Below the pieces are notes generated by a model that ran no database searches, was not told the origin of the DNA, and saw only the letters and a list, made by a program, of their open reading frames with translations. From Archaeoglobus fulgidus DSM 4304 (GTDB lineage Archaea > Halobacteriota > Archaeoglobi > Archaeoglobales > Archaeoglobaceae), in assembly GCF_000008665.1 (NCBI RefSeq), contig NC_000917.1, forward strand, positions 210,001 to 242,000: a stretch of DNA of 32,000 bases, given 5' to 3'. Positions 15,085 to 24,139 of the stretch are shown here, piece after piece; within the stretch, counting starts at the first letter, position 1, and every line of letters starts with the position of its first letter. A program made the position numbers and the translations under genes.

Positions 15085-16141
15085 CGTAGCATGCTAAGGG
15101 TTTTCCTTCGAAGATTGCTGTGAGGCAGAGGTTGCAGGATTTGCAGTCTGAGGCATCAACCTCTCCGTTCATCATCTTTTTCGGCAGGTAGGGATCTCTG
15201 ATCAGAGGTCTGGACATTGAAACGAAGTCCACCTTTTTCAGCAGTTCCTCTGCAGTTTGCCTGCTTTTTATCCCTCCCACAGCCATTACTGGAATGCTAA
15301 CAGCCTCCTTTATCCTGAAGGCGTATTCCCTGAAGTAAGCCTCCCCGCTCTTAGCAACCTTCTGACTGACAACGTTGTAGCGGTTGTGGTAGATGGATTC
15401 ATACATTCCCCCGCTCACCTCAATGGCCTCAAAGCCAGCATCGTCGAGTAGCTTTGCAATCCTGACAGCCTCGTCAATTTCAAGCCCTCCGGGAACGAAG
15501 TCGCAGGCGTTCATCTTAATCATGACGGGGATTCTGCTCCTCTGCCTTATGCCATCGAAGATGTCGAGCAAAATCTTTGCCCTCTCCTGCCCGTACTCGT
15601 CCTTTCTTCTGTTGACATGGGGGGAGATGAACTCGCTTAACAGATAACCGTGGGCTGCGTGAAGCTGCACCGCATCGAAGCCAGCCTTCTCAGCCCTGAG
15701 GGCTGCCTTCACAAAGGCTTCTATCACTCTCTCAATGTCCTCTCTTGTCATCTCCCTCGGCTCAACTCCCGTGAAAGGGTCCTTTACCGCTGAAGGGGCA
15801 ATGGCGTTGCCCAGAAAAGTCTGCCTTCCAGCGTGGGCAAGCTGTGCAACAAAGACAGCATCCTTTGCAGCAGCCTTGACAGCTTCAACCAGCTTTGACA
15901 ACCCCTCGATGTGGCTGTCATCGCTTATGCCGGTCATCTTGAAGGAGGCTCTGCCATCCTCGCTCACGAACATGTAGCCCGTCACTATTGTTCCAGCACC
16001 ACCTTCCGCAAGCTTCGTGTAGAGTTCTATCATCTCCTCAGTCACAAAACCTTCCTTCGTGGCCATCGATTCTGCCGTTGCTGATCTGACGAGGCGGTTC
16101 TTCATTCTCAGGTGCTCAGTTTCTATAGGTGTGAAAAGCAT
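15074..16141 (-). CDS. Old Yellow Enzyme-family NADH:flavin oxidoreductase with C-terminal Cys cluster
   Basis: MLFTPIETEHLRMKNRLVRSA N-terminus, HAAHGYLLSEF active-site region, and a C-terminal CKSCNLCLTAIFEGKPLAC (CX2CX2CX11C). ATG 16141 is preferred over the track start at 16210. Confidence 0.85.
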   Translation of the reverse strand: MLFTPIETEHLRMKNRLVRSATAESMATKEGFVTEEMIELYTKLAEGGAGTIVTGYMFVSEDGRASFKMTGISDDSHIEGLSKLVEAVKAAAKDAVFVAQLAHAGRQTFLGNAIAPSAVKDPFTGVEPREMTREDIERVIEAFVKAALRAEKAGFDAVQLHAAHGYLLSEFISPHVNRRKDEYGQERAKILLDIFDGIRQRSRIPVMIKMNACDFVPGGLEIDEAVRIAKLLDDAGFEAIEVSGGMYESIYHNRYNVVSQKVAKSGEAYFREYAFRIKEAVSIPVMAVGGIKSRQTAEELLKKVDFVSMSRPLIRDPYLPKKMMNGEVDASDCKSCNLCLTAIFEGKPLACYAKN

Positions 16142-16315
16142 GTAGCTTTTATTGATCGAGTATTGAAAAAAGTTCTGGTTTAAAGAGCGGTAGGATATGA
16201 AGATAGGCATATAGGTTGACGTAATAGTAAAAGTTTTTTTAAAAAGGTTATTTTTTTAAAATTAAGAAAACTGTCGCCGCCAAAATAACGAAAAAAGTTA
16301 ATTACTTCAATTCTG

Positions 16316-16606
16316 TTGGTTAAAATAGTGAGTGTCGAGGAGATTTCAGAAAAGTTGAAGGTGGACAAGCTGGCAATCTGCTCGGATGAGATATCGACTG
16401 TTGGTCTGGAACCTGATTTAGCGGCTGAATTGAAAGAGCTTATTTACGTCCTCGTTCCAGCGGAGAGCTTTCAAGGTTATCTCGCCGTTGATGGGCAGTA
16501 CGTGGTTTTCAGAAGGGATAGCAGAAAATGCGTTTTGGCAATCGTTGAGGAGGAGAGAGTTAGGTGGTGTCTCAGAAGACTTGAGGAGGTTTTGAATGGA
16601 AGCTGA
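16316..16606 (+). CDS. Small hypothetical protein (96 aa), no ATG start available
   Basis: The open frame has a TTG (16316) or GTG (16328) start and no internal Met. Its 3' end overlaps the next ORF by 11 nt. It shares a helix/beta-hairpin/helix pattern with its neighbour. Confidence 0.5.
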
Positions 16607-16928
16607 ATACGCGTACGTTGATGGAGAAGTAAAGGGAAACTCCAAAGTTGCAGTTTCGTATTTGAAAGCCATCAGAGAGCTCATCGAGAAGCTCGAAGTT
16701 AAAGAACTCGTTTTTGAGAGTGATGAGTATTCAGCGGTGCTTTTGAGTGAGCCTGTAATAATCTTCGTCAGGGTTAGGGGGGACATTTCCGCGGCAAAGG
16801 CCCATGCAAGGCGTATACTGAGGGAGCTCGGATACCTTGAGAAGGGCAATCTTGAAGAGGTTTTTGAGCTTGCGGAAAAAATTGAAAACATGCCCATTGA
16901 GGAAGTCGTGAAAATGCTCAGGAAATAA
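16596..16928 (+). CDS. Small hypothetical protein (110 aa), apparent paralogue of the upstream ORF
   Basis: It has an ATG start inside the end of the previous ORF. Its pattern AIRELIEKL...VIIFVRVRG...ARRILRELG mirrors ELKELIYVL...YVVFRRD...[10 protein letters not shown] roadblock/longin-like fold is only a guess. Confidence 0.55.
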
Positions 16929-18102
16929 GCCTCTTAACCGTCCTGAAGCTCTCAACAATCTCTTTTCTCTTTGCAAAAAGAATTGGCAGCGAAAGAATGA
17001 TGTAAATTGCCGAGATAATGTATCTCACTTCCACTCCCGGAAACAACAGCTGGACGATGAACAGCAGGAAGAGGGCTGAAGCTTCCTTCCAGCTTATTTT
17101 CAGGTCAAGCAGAATGGCAACTGCAAACAGTGATTGGGCAGCAGTTAACAGAACCTCCTCGCTCTGCCTCGCATCCAGAGGGAGGCTCTGGAGCTTGAAT
17201 GCCGAGATGCTGTAGATGATTGCTATTGTTCCAATCAGAAGGGTCCACTGGTTGACTTTGGAGGAAATCAGGGCGTTCATTGAAGCTGAAACCCTGAATC
17301 TCCGAACGAAGTAAATCGCAACAATTAGCTCGGGAGACTCGCTGGCTAAGGGGGCAATCCATTGAACAGCGAGAAATTCATCAATCCCAGCAATTCTCGC
17401 CGTCTCAAGCAAACCTTCCGAGAAAGCTTCAACGCTCATCAAAATGGTAAAACCGGCAAAGAGAAACAGGACAACCACTGAAAGACGTCTTGTTTCAGTT
17501 TTCAAGCTGCAAAGGTAGGCTGGAACACCCCCAACCTCCACTTCTTCTCTCTCAGCCTTCGTGGAGAGGTAGATGTAGATGGCATACAGAGAGACAAAAA
17601 CAAGCGCATCGAAAGGTGAGATGTGTCCCTTAAGCGGTAAAGTGAAAGCGTAGAGAGTTGCAAGGAAAAGGAAAAAGATTTCAAGCCTTATTCCATCGTC
17701 AAGCTCCACTTCCTTGCTTTTAAGCGTCCTGAAAGCAATAAAGGCGACGAGGCTCCAGCCAATGCCTATCAGCAATCTGTTCGCTCCCGTCATGTTTGCT
17801 GTTGCATAGTGAACGTACTCTCCTCCCACGCTACCAGCCTTCCACGCAAAGTAGCCGTCAACCGCATACTCTGGCAGCACGGCAAGAAGGGCAACGATTG
17901 CCAAGCTGAAAGACCTTGGAACGTCCATCTCTGCAGTCTCTGCTGCCCAAGAAATGAGGAAGCTCGCAGAGACCACCGCTAAACCGGAAAGCAGAGTCTG
18001 GGTTAATGCAGGATGATGATAATTAAATGCGAGGGAAATCAGCCAAGGAAGGGTGAGAGATGAGATTGCAAGCAACTGAAATTTTTCTTTCGTGAAATCC
18101 AT
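16918..18102 (-). CDS. CaCA-like (Na+/Ca2+ exchanger-type) cation antiporter membrane protein, putative
   Basis: About 10-11 hydrophobic segments, with two alpha-repeat-like motifs in the two halves ([11 protein letters not shown] and [12 protein letters not shown]). Confidence 0.5.
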
Positions 18103-18174
18103 GCTGGTAGGCTTTTTTGCGGTATTTAAAATTAAGGCGGAAATCGTTATTTACTCATACCTCCAACAGCATTC

Positions 18175-18357
18175 ATGAAAAGGAAGCTTCTGGAAATCCT
18201 CGCGTGTCCTCTCTGCAAGTCGGAATTGGAAGTTGAAGTGGTTGAGGAGAACGAAGAGGAGATTATATCTGGAAAGCTCGTTTGCAGCAGTTGTCGTGCT
18301 GAATTTCCCATTGAGGATGGGATTCCAGATTTGCGCCCTCCGGAGTTGAGACAATGA
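18175..18357 (+). CDS. Trm112-like zinc-ribbon protein
   Basis: 60 aa with [14 protein letters not shown]...[19 protein letters not shown] (CPxC...CxxC plus the DGIP motif of the Trm112/UPF0434 family). Its stop overlaps the pyrG ATG. Confidence 0.8.
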
Positions 18358-19952
18358 AGTACATTGTAGTGACTGGAGGAGTGATGAGCGGACTGGGCAA
18401 AGGTATCACAGCGGCCTCAATTGGCAGGCTGTTCGTGGACATGGGCTACAGAGTCATTCCGATAAAAATCGACCCATACATTAACATCGATGCAGGAACT
18501 ATGAACCCCTTCCAGCACGGGGAGGTTTACGTTTTGAAGGATGGGACTGAAGTGGACCTCGACCTCGGCCACTACGAGAGGTTTATCGGAGAGGAGGTCA
18601 CGGGAGACCACAACATCACAACGGGGAAGATTTACAAGAGAGTGATTGAGAAAGAGAGAAAGGGGGACTACCTCGGCCAGACGGTGCAGATAATTCCCCA
18701 CGTTACGGACGAGATAAAGAGCTGGATCAGGAGGGTTGCGAAGGAGAGCAACGCAGAAATCTGCCTTGTTGAGATTGGAGGAACTGTTGGAGACATTGAG
18801 GGGATGCCCTTCCTTGAGGCGATAAGGCAGATGCACAATGAGGAGAAGGAGGAGGATTTTGCCCTCGTCCATGTCACCCTCGTTCCGCTTGATGCGGGAG
18901 GAGAGCAGAAGACGAAGCCAACGCAGCACAGTGTGAAGGAGCTGAGAGAGCTTGGACTGCATCCCGACGTAATTGTGGGGAGATGCTCTGAAAGATTGAA
19001 GCCGGCTACGAAGAAGAAGATAGCCCTTTTCTGTGATGTTCCTGAAGAGGCGGTAATCAGCAATGAGGATGCTGAGGACATTTACGAGGTGCCTCTAATT
19101 TTCAAAAGGGAGAAGCTTGATGAGTATCTGATGAGAAAGCTGAATTTAAGGGCAAAAGAAAGCAGAAAAGAGTGGGAGGAGATGGTAAAAAGAATGAAAA
19201 CACTCTACGAGGAGGCTTCAATTGCCATAGTTGGGAAGTATGTTGACGTGAGAGATGCCTATCTCAGCATCAAGGAGGCTTTAAAGCACGGAGGAATAGA
19301 GGCGGGCTGCAAGGTCAACATTGTCTGGGTTGACAGCGAGGACTTAGAGAATGTTGACGACTTCACTCTCGACGTTGATGGAATCCTCGTGCCGGGAGGT
19401 TTTGGAGCGAGGGGGGCCGAGGGGAAGATTAGGGCAATAGAGTATGCGAGGGAAAATGGCGTGCCTTTCCTCGGAATCTGCTTCGGCTTTCAGCTTGCCG
19501 TTATTGAATTTGCCAGAAACGTAGTTGGTTTCAGCGAAGCAAACAGCACGGAGCTTGACGAGAACACACCCCACCCTGTAATCGATCTTCTGCCAGAGCA
19601 GAAGGGGATTGACGAGATGGGTGGGACAATGAGGCTCGGAGACATTGAGGTCACGATCAAGCCGGGCACGATCGCCCACAAGCTCTACGGAAGCGAAAAA
19701 GTTGTTGAAAGGCACAGGCACAGGTACGAGGTAAATCCGGAGTACATTGAGAAAATAGAGAGCAAAGGCCTCGTATTCAGCGCTTATTCAGACGGTGGGA
19801 GAAGGATGGAGATTGCCGAGCTTCCCGACCACCCGTTCTTCTTCGCAACCCAGTTCCATCCAGAATTCAAGTCGAGACCTTACAGACCCTCCCCACCCTT
19901 CGTTGGATTTGTGAGGGCAGCGCTGAAATACAGGAGAGAGGAGGAGATTTGA
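18354..19952 (+). CDS. pyrG: CTP synthase
   Basis: [18 protein letters not shown]-terminus, a C-terminal GATase with the GICFGFQ nucleophile region, and HRHRYEVN. Confidence 0.95.
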   Translation: MKYIVVTGGVMSGLGKGITAASIGRLFVDMGYRVIPIKIDPYINIDAGTMNPFQHGEVYVLKDGTEVDLDLGHYERFIGEEVTGDHNITTGKIYKRVIEKERKGDYLGQTVQIIPHVTDEIKSWIRRVAKESNAEICLVEIGGTVGDIEGMPFLEAIRQMHNEEKEEDFALVHVTLVPLDAGGEQKTKPTQHSVKELRELGLHPDVIVGRCSERLKPATKKKIALFCDVPEEAVISNEDAEDIYEVPLIFKREKLDEYLMRKLNLRAKESRKEWEEMVKRMKTLYEEASIAIVGKYVDVRDAYLSIKEALKHGGIEAGCKVNIVWVDSEDLENVDDFTLDVDGILVPGGFGARGAEGKIRAIEYARENGVPFLGICFGFQLAVIEFARNVVGFSEANSTELDENTPHPVIDLLPEQKGIDEMGGTMRLGDIEVTIKPGTIAHKLYGSEKVVERHRHRYEVNPEYIEKIESKGLVFSAYSDGGRRMEIAELPDHPFFFATQFHPEFKSRPYRPSPPFVGFVRAALKYRREEEI

Positions 19953-20863
19953 TGGACGTGGAGAAGTTTGTTGAAAACGCAATTAAGGAGATTAGGGAGA
20001 GAGTTAAAGACGGTAAGGCTATAATAGCCCTCTCAGGAGGTGTGGACAGCTCAGTCTGCACAGTTCTCGCGCACAAGGCATTAGGCGACCGCCTCATTCC
20101 CGTTTTTGTGGACACAGGGCTGATGAGGGAAGGAGAGCCTGAGAAAATAAAGGAAATCTTCGGCAATATGGGGCTTGTGTTCATCGATGCAAAGGAGGAA
20201 TTTTTCAAGGCTCTCAAGGGTGTCACAGACCCGGAGGAAAAAAGGAAAGTTATCGGTGAGCTTTTCGTAAGAATATTTGAAAGGGTTGCTGAAGAGCACA
20301 ACGCTGAGTACCTCATTCAGGGAACAATTTATCCGGACATTATCGAAAGTCAGGGGGGTATAAAGAGCCACCACAACGTCGGAGGTTTTCCCACAAGCTA
20401 CAAGTTTAAGGACGTTATAGAGCCGCTGAGGGAGCTTTACAAGGACGAGGTGAGGGAGGTTGCGAGATATCTCGGTCTGCCGAAGGAGATTTCCGAGAGA
20501 ATGCCGTTTCCCGGTCCCGGTTTGGCGGTCAGAATCGTCGGAGAGGTAACACCTGAAAAGGTCGAGATCGTCAGAAAGGCGAACAAGATAGTGGAGGAGG
20601 AGCTTGCAGACTACGATAAGTGGCAGTGCTTCGCAGCCCTCATAGGCAAGGCCACCGGTGTGAAGGGGGACGTGAGGGTATGGGGATACATCATTGCCGT
20701 TAGAGCAGTGGAGTCGAGGGACGGGATGACGGCAGACCCAATAAAGATAGACTACGATAGGTTGAGGAGAATCGCACTGAGAATTACCGGAGAGATAGAC
20801 AAAGTTTCGAGAGTTGTTTACGACATAACCCCCAAACCTCCAGCGACAATCGAATACGAGTAG
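19952..20863 (+). CDS. guaA: GMP synthase, ATP-pyrophosphatase subunit (subunit B)
   Basis: PP-loop [10 protein letters not shown] and a C-terminal GMP-synthase dimerisation region ending [11 protein letters not shown] 19952 overlaps the pyrG stop and is preceded by GAGGAGGAG. Confidence 0.92.
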   Translation: MDVEKFVENAIKEIRERVKDGKAIIALSGGVDSSVCTVLAHKALGDRLIPVFVDTGLMREGEPEKIKEIFGNMGLVFIDAKEEFFKALKGVTDPEEKRKVIGELFVRIFERVAEEHNAEYLIQGTIYPDIIESQGGIKSHHNVGGFPTSYKFKDVIEPLRELYKDEVREVARYLGLPKEISERMPFPGPGLAVRIVGEVTPEKVEIVRKANKIVEEELADYDKWQCFAALIGKATGVKGDVRVWGYIIAVRAVESRDGMTADPIKIDYDRLRRIALRITGEIDKVSRVVYDITPKPPATIEYE

Positions 20864-22183
20864 CTACGGCAATCCGAGCTTCCTGAATATGTTCCTCGCC
20901 GCGACAACCAGCGGGTCCCAAACTCTCGAAACGGGCGGATAGTAGGGGAAGTCGCAGAAGAAAAGGTCTTTCACATCTCCATTTTTGTGCAGAAGTGCTG
21001 AGGCAGCGTAAACTCTCATCGCCACGTCCTTCCCCACCGCCTGCAGGCCGAGCAGCTTACCATTTCTGTCGGCAACGACTTTCAGGTGGATTAAACCGCC
21101 TGGAAGGTAGCGAGCGGAGGTTCTTGAAGTTATGAAGGCTGAAACAACCTCATATCCAAACCTTATTGCCTCATTCTCGCTTAAACCCGCCTTTCCTATT
21201 TCGATGTCCTTGAAACCGGTTAGCTGGCTTTTCAGCGAGCCCGGGTAGTGCATTTCAAGCCCGGCCATGTTGACACCCGCAACGTACCCCATCTTGTTTG
21301 CCGGAGCGGCGAGCGGTATCCAGTCCTCCCTGCCTGTTACGATATTGATCGACTCCGCACAGTCTCCAGCAGCGTAAACATTTTCTCTGCTCGTTTCCAT
21401 CCTGCTGTTCGTCCTGATTGCCCCCTTAACACCAAGCTCAACGAAACCTTTCGCGAGGTCAGTGTTGGGCGCAACTCCAACAGCTATTATTGCCAATTCG
21501 CATGGATACTCGCCCTTGTTTGTTACAACTTTTTCTACTCTGTCTTTTCCTTCAAAAGCCGTCACTTTTTCACTCAGTCTTAGGTTTACGTATTTCTCCA
21601 TCTCTGATTTAATTATTGCGGCAATTTCAGCGTCATACTCGGGAAGTGGTCGCTCCATCACCTCAATGACTGTGACGTTTTTTCCAAGTCTTGTTATAGC
21701 ATCCGCCATTTCCACTCCTATATAGCCAGAGCCAACAACAACCACGTTATCGACTTTCATTGCCTCTATTTTGACTCTCTCCGCATTTTCGATGTCGTCA
21801 ACGTAAATAACGCCCTCCAAGTTCTCTCCTTCCACATTTAGCCGAACTGCTTTTGATCCAGTGGCGAATAGCAACTTGTCCCACTCATAGGATGCTTCTT
21901 TCCCACCCTCATCAACGGTTAGCCTACCCTCCTCAATTTCCACAACCCTCGCGTTGGTATGAACATCAATACCCCTCTCACGCTTGAAGTAATCTATGTC
22001 GTAAGCGCAAAGCTCATCGAACTTCTCGACAGCGCCTCCAACGAAAAAGGGAATTCCGCAAGGAGCGTGACTAACCCATCTCGACTTCTCAAAAACCTTG
22101 ACGTCCCAGTTGGGTCTTAAAGCTTTCACTCTTGAAGCTGCACTCATTCCAGCAGCGCCACCGCCTATAATTGCAACCTTCAC
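20864..22183 (-). CDS. Pyridine nucleotide-disulfide oxidoreductase of the NADH oxidase / CoA-disulfide reductase type
   Basis: MKVAIIGGGAAG FAD-binding fold, the single redox Cys motif SHAPCGIPFF, and a second GSGYIGVE dinucleotide fold. Confidence 0.85.
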   Translation of the reverse strand: MKVAIIGGGAAGMSAASRVKALRPNWDVKVFEKSRWVSHAPCGIPFFVGGAVEKFDELCAYDIDYFKRERGIDVHTNARVVEIEEGRLTVDEGGKEASYEWDKLLFATGSKAVRLNVEGENLEGVIYVDDIENAERVKIEAMKVDNVVVVGSGYIGVEMADAITRLGKNVTVIEVMERPLPEYDAEIAAIIKSEMEKYVNLRLSEKVTAFEGKDRVEKVVTNKGEYPCELAIIAVGVAPNTDLAKGFVELGVKGAIRTNSRMETSRENVYAAGDCAESINIVTGREDWIPLAAPANKMGYVAGVNMAGLEMHYPGSLKSQLTGFKDIEIGKAGLSENEAIRFGYEVVSAFITSRTSARYLPGGLIHLKVVADRNGKLLGLQAVGKDVAMRVYAASALLHKNGDVKDLFFCDFPYYPPVSRVWDPLVVAARNIFRKLGLP

Positions 22184-22268
22184 AACCTCAATAAAATCCG
22201 AATTTTTTAAGGTTTTCTGAGGCTTAGCAGTGCCATCTTTGTGGCTCAGAAAAGCACCAAAGTTTCAG

Positions 22269-22349
22269 CGCCGGGGGTGGGATTCGAACCCACGCGGGCA
22301 ACGCCCAACGGCTTAGCAGGCCGTCGCCTTACCGCTCGGCAACCCCGGC
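22269..22349 (-). tRNA. tRNA-Ser (GCU)
   Basis: Minus-strand cloverleaf read by eye: acceptor GCCGGGG/CCCCGGC, anticodon stem ACGGC/GCCGT with loop CUGCUAA, long variable arm UGGGCGUUGCCCGC, T arm GUGGG-UUCGAAU-CCCAC. No CCA is encoded. Confidence 0.9.
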
Positions 22350-22373
22350 TCAACTTTTCTTCGCAACGAGCAA

Positions 22374-22393
22374 TTTAAGGATTTTGGTCACGG
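22374..22393 (-). promoter_or_regulatory. tRNA-Ser promoter element (minus-strand CCGTGACCAAAATCCTTAAA)
   Basis: It ends 24 nt upstream of the tRNA 5' end. It is identical to the 20-mer at 25892-25911 upstream of tRNA-Asp. The TATA-like CCTTAAA is at its 3' end. Confidence 0.6.
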
Positions 22394-22455
22394 ATGTGAC
22401 GGCTTGATAAAATGTGGGAAAGAGTTAAATTAAATTTTGCCAATGTATTTTTGAG

Positions 22456-22719
22456 GTGGTATTGATGGGTGAGAAAGTAAGAGATAGGGAGCATCACGAG
22501 AGGCTTTTTAAGGCTTCGATGAGCCCTATAAGAAGGCAGATTGTTGCCGCGATAGGCGTTCAGGGCAAGACGAGGGAAGAGCTAAAAAAGGAGCTTGAAC
22601 TCTCCGATTTCCAGTTCAAGTTCAATCTGGACTGGCTCATAAGAGAGGGGTTTGTAAAAGAGGAAGATGGGAAGCTGAAGCTTACTGACGACGGGATTGA
22701 GCTGCTTGAGGCCGGTTAA
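22456..22719 (+). CDS. Small winged-helix (ArsR-like) transcription regulator
   Basis: Contains LFKASMSPIRRQIVAAIG...KTREELKKELELS...LDWLIREGFV, an ArsR/wHTH pattern. The start may be ATG 22465 rather than GTG 22456. Confidence 0.6.
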   Translation: MVLMGEKVRDREHHERLFKASMSPIRRQIVAAIGVQGKTREELKKELELSDFQFKFNLDWLIREGFVKEEDGKLKLTDDGIELLEAG

Positions 22720-23837
22720 GTAACTATCTCTTCCATTCTTTTGAGCTCCATCGCCTTTTTTATTTCCATCATTGTCAAATCCAGTGGGTCTTCTATCTTC
22801 ACACCATGCTTAAGTGTGAGGTTTCTCATCTCCGGCGATGTGGGGCCTATTGCAGGGTCGCCAGGAACCCTGAAGGAGACATCGAAGATTACGAACTCAA
22901 GCTTCGTCTCATCCTCGGGAGAGTAAGCCATTGCTCCCTGCAGACCGAACATGCCTATGATTCCCGGTGGAAATTCAGCTTTGCAGGCTTCGATGAACTT
23001 CTCTGCAGCCTCGTAAACTTCTTGCTGCTTGCTCTCCCTCATGGTAACTCCGAAATGACCAATCTCCTCGTTCTTTACCGGAACGTTAATCTTTAGCTGA
23101 TCCTTCGCAGGCAGGTTCAGAAATCCCTGCAGGTTGACCTGTCTCCTGTCGCTGAACCCCACAAAGTCAAAGTTCCCAAACACGTCTTTAAGGGCGTAAC
23201 TGTGGAAGTTGGCGTTGAACCTCGCTCCCAACACGTACTCCTCTATTCTGGCCTTTTTTAGCCCCTCCTCGTCAATTACACCTTCCTTCAGCAATCTCTC
23301 AGCCTGCTCGTAGTAGTCTTCCGGCGAAACGGCGTAGAAAAAGGCTCTTTCGAGTGGATTCTTCGCCTGCTGAACCTTGACTATCACGAGCCTGTCGATC
23401 TCCTCCGGAGACTTGAACTCCTTGGGATACCTCAAACCTGCCTTTTCGAGAAGGTAGTACTGGTTTTTAGGGTGGTTTCTCTCCTCAGCTCTCAGCATAA
23501 ACCTGTTGCCGTAAATCGGGACTTCAAACTCCTTCTCTATACCGTCGTAACCGACATACACGGCAAAGCTCCTGTTGGGGATGAAAATGGTGTTCAATTC
23601 GAGTAGTTTTTCCTGAATTTCCCTGTTAAGTATGTCCTTAAACTTCTCGACCATTATCACCTCATCATAAAGGTGCCTGTTGTATTTGGTGTAAAGCTTG
23701 TCCCTTCCCCTCTGCACGACGATGACTGTCTTGAAGCCCCAGGCTTTTGCAGCCATTCCCACTTCCTTCGCTGAGTGAGAGCCGAAAATTCCTATGGTGA
23801 CGTCCTCGTAACTGGCTGCGATTTTCCGCGGATTCAT
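22716..23837 (-). CDS. purP: FAICAR synthetase PurP (5-formaminoimidazole-4-carboxamide ribonucleotide synthetase)
   Basis: Strong resemblance, from memory, to the Methanocaldococcus PurP sequence: IGIFGSHSA..., REIQEKLLELNTIFIPNRSF, IPAKDQL and ATP-grasp-like regions. Confidence 0.85.
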   Translation of the reverse strand: MNPRKIAASYEDVTIGIFGSHSAKEVGMAAKAWGFKTVIVVQRGRDKLYTKYNRHLYDEVIMVEKFKDILNREIQEKLLELNTIFIPNRSFAVYVGYDGIEKEFEVPIYGNRFMLRAEERNHPKNQYYLLEKAGLRYPKEFKSPEEIDRLVIVKVQQAKNPLERAFFYAVSPEDYYEQAERLLKEGVIDEEGLKKARIEEYVLGARFNANFHSYALKDVFGNFDFVGFSDRRQVNLQGFLNLPAKDQLKINVPVKNEEIGHFGVTMRESKQQEVYEAAEKFIEACKAEFPPGIIGMFGLQGAMAYSPEDETKLEFVIFDVSFRVPGDPAIGPTSPEMRNLTLKHGVKIEDPLDLTMMEIKKAMELKRMEEIVT

Positions 23838-23939
23838 GTTTCACGTTGTGTCGCACTTAAAAAATTGATTGGTAATGTATTGCAGTGCGAAAGTTTCGGA
23901 CTTTTACAAAATTCTCAACACGAACACCGCAATAAACAA

Positions 23940-24068
23940 ATGGCAGAGAAGTACGGGATTTCAAAAGATGATGTTCTCGATGCAATTGAATATGCTGCAA
24001 AAACCATGCTAAGGAGGAAATCAGGAAATATGCGAAAATCTAAGTTTTTGCTGGATGCCAACATTTAG
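23940..24068 (+). pseudogene. Stump of a DUF433-like antitoxin C-terminus fused in frame to the first residues of a PIN-like (DUF5615-type) gene
   Basis: The 42-codon ORF is MAEKYGISKDDVLDAIEYAAKTMLRRKSGNMRKSKFLLDANI*. YGISKDDVLDAIEYAA resembles the C-terminal end of DUF433 proteins. MRKSKFLLDANI resembles the N-terminus (MKFLxDENxP) of their PIN-like partners. Neither domain is complete. Confidence 0.35.
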
Positions 24069-24139
24069 CTTTAAGCACAGAGGTGATTAGAACTTTCGGT
24101 TGGTTCAAGAGAGTTTGGAAATTCTTCTACCAAAACAAA

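Noticed and set aside
23775-23939. The N-terminal two thirds of the 97-aa ORF 23775-24068.
   Set aside because: It overlaps the purP start codon and promoter and has no similarity to the rest of a DUF433 domain. Only the part from ATG 23940 onwards looks like former coding sequence.
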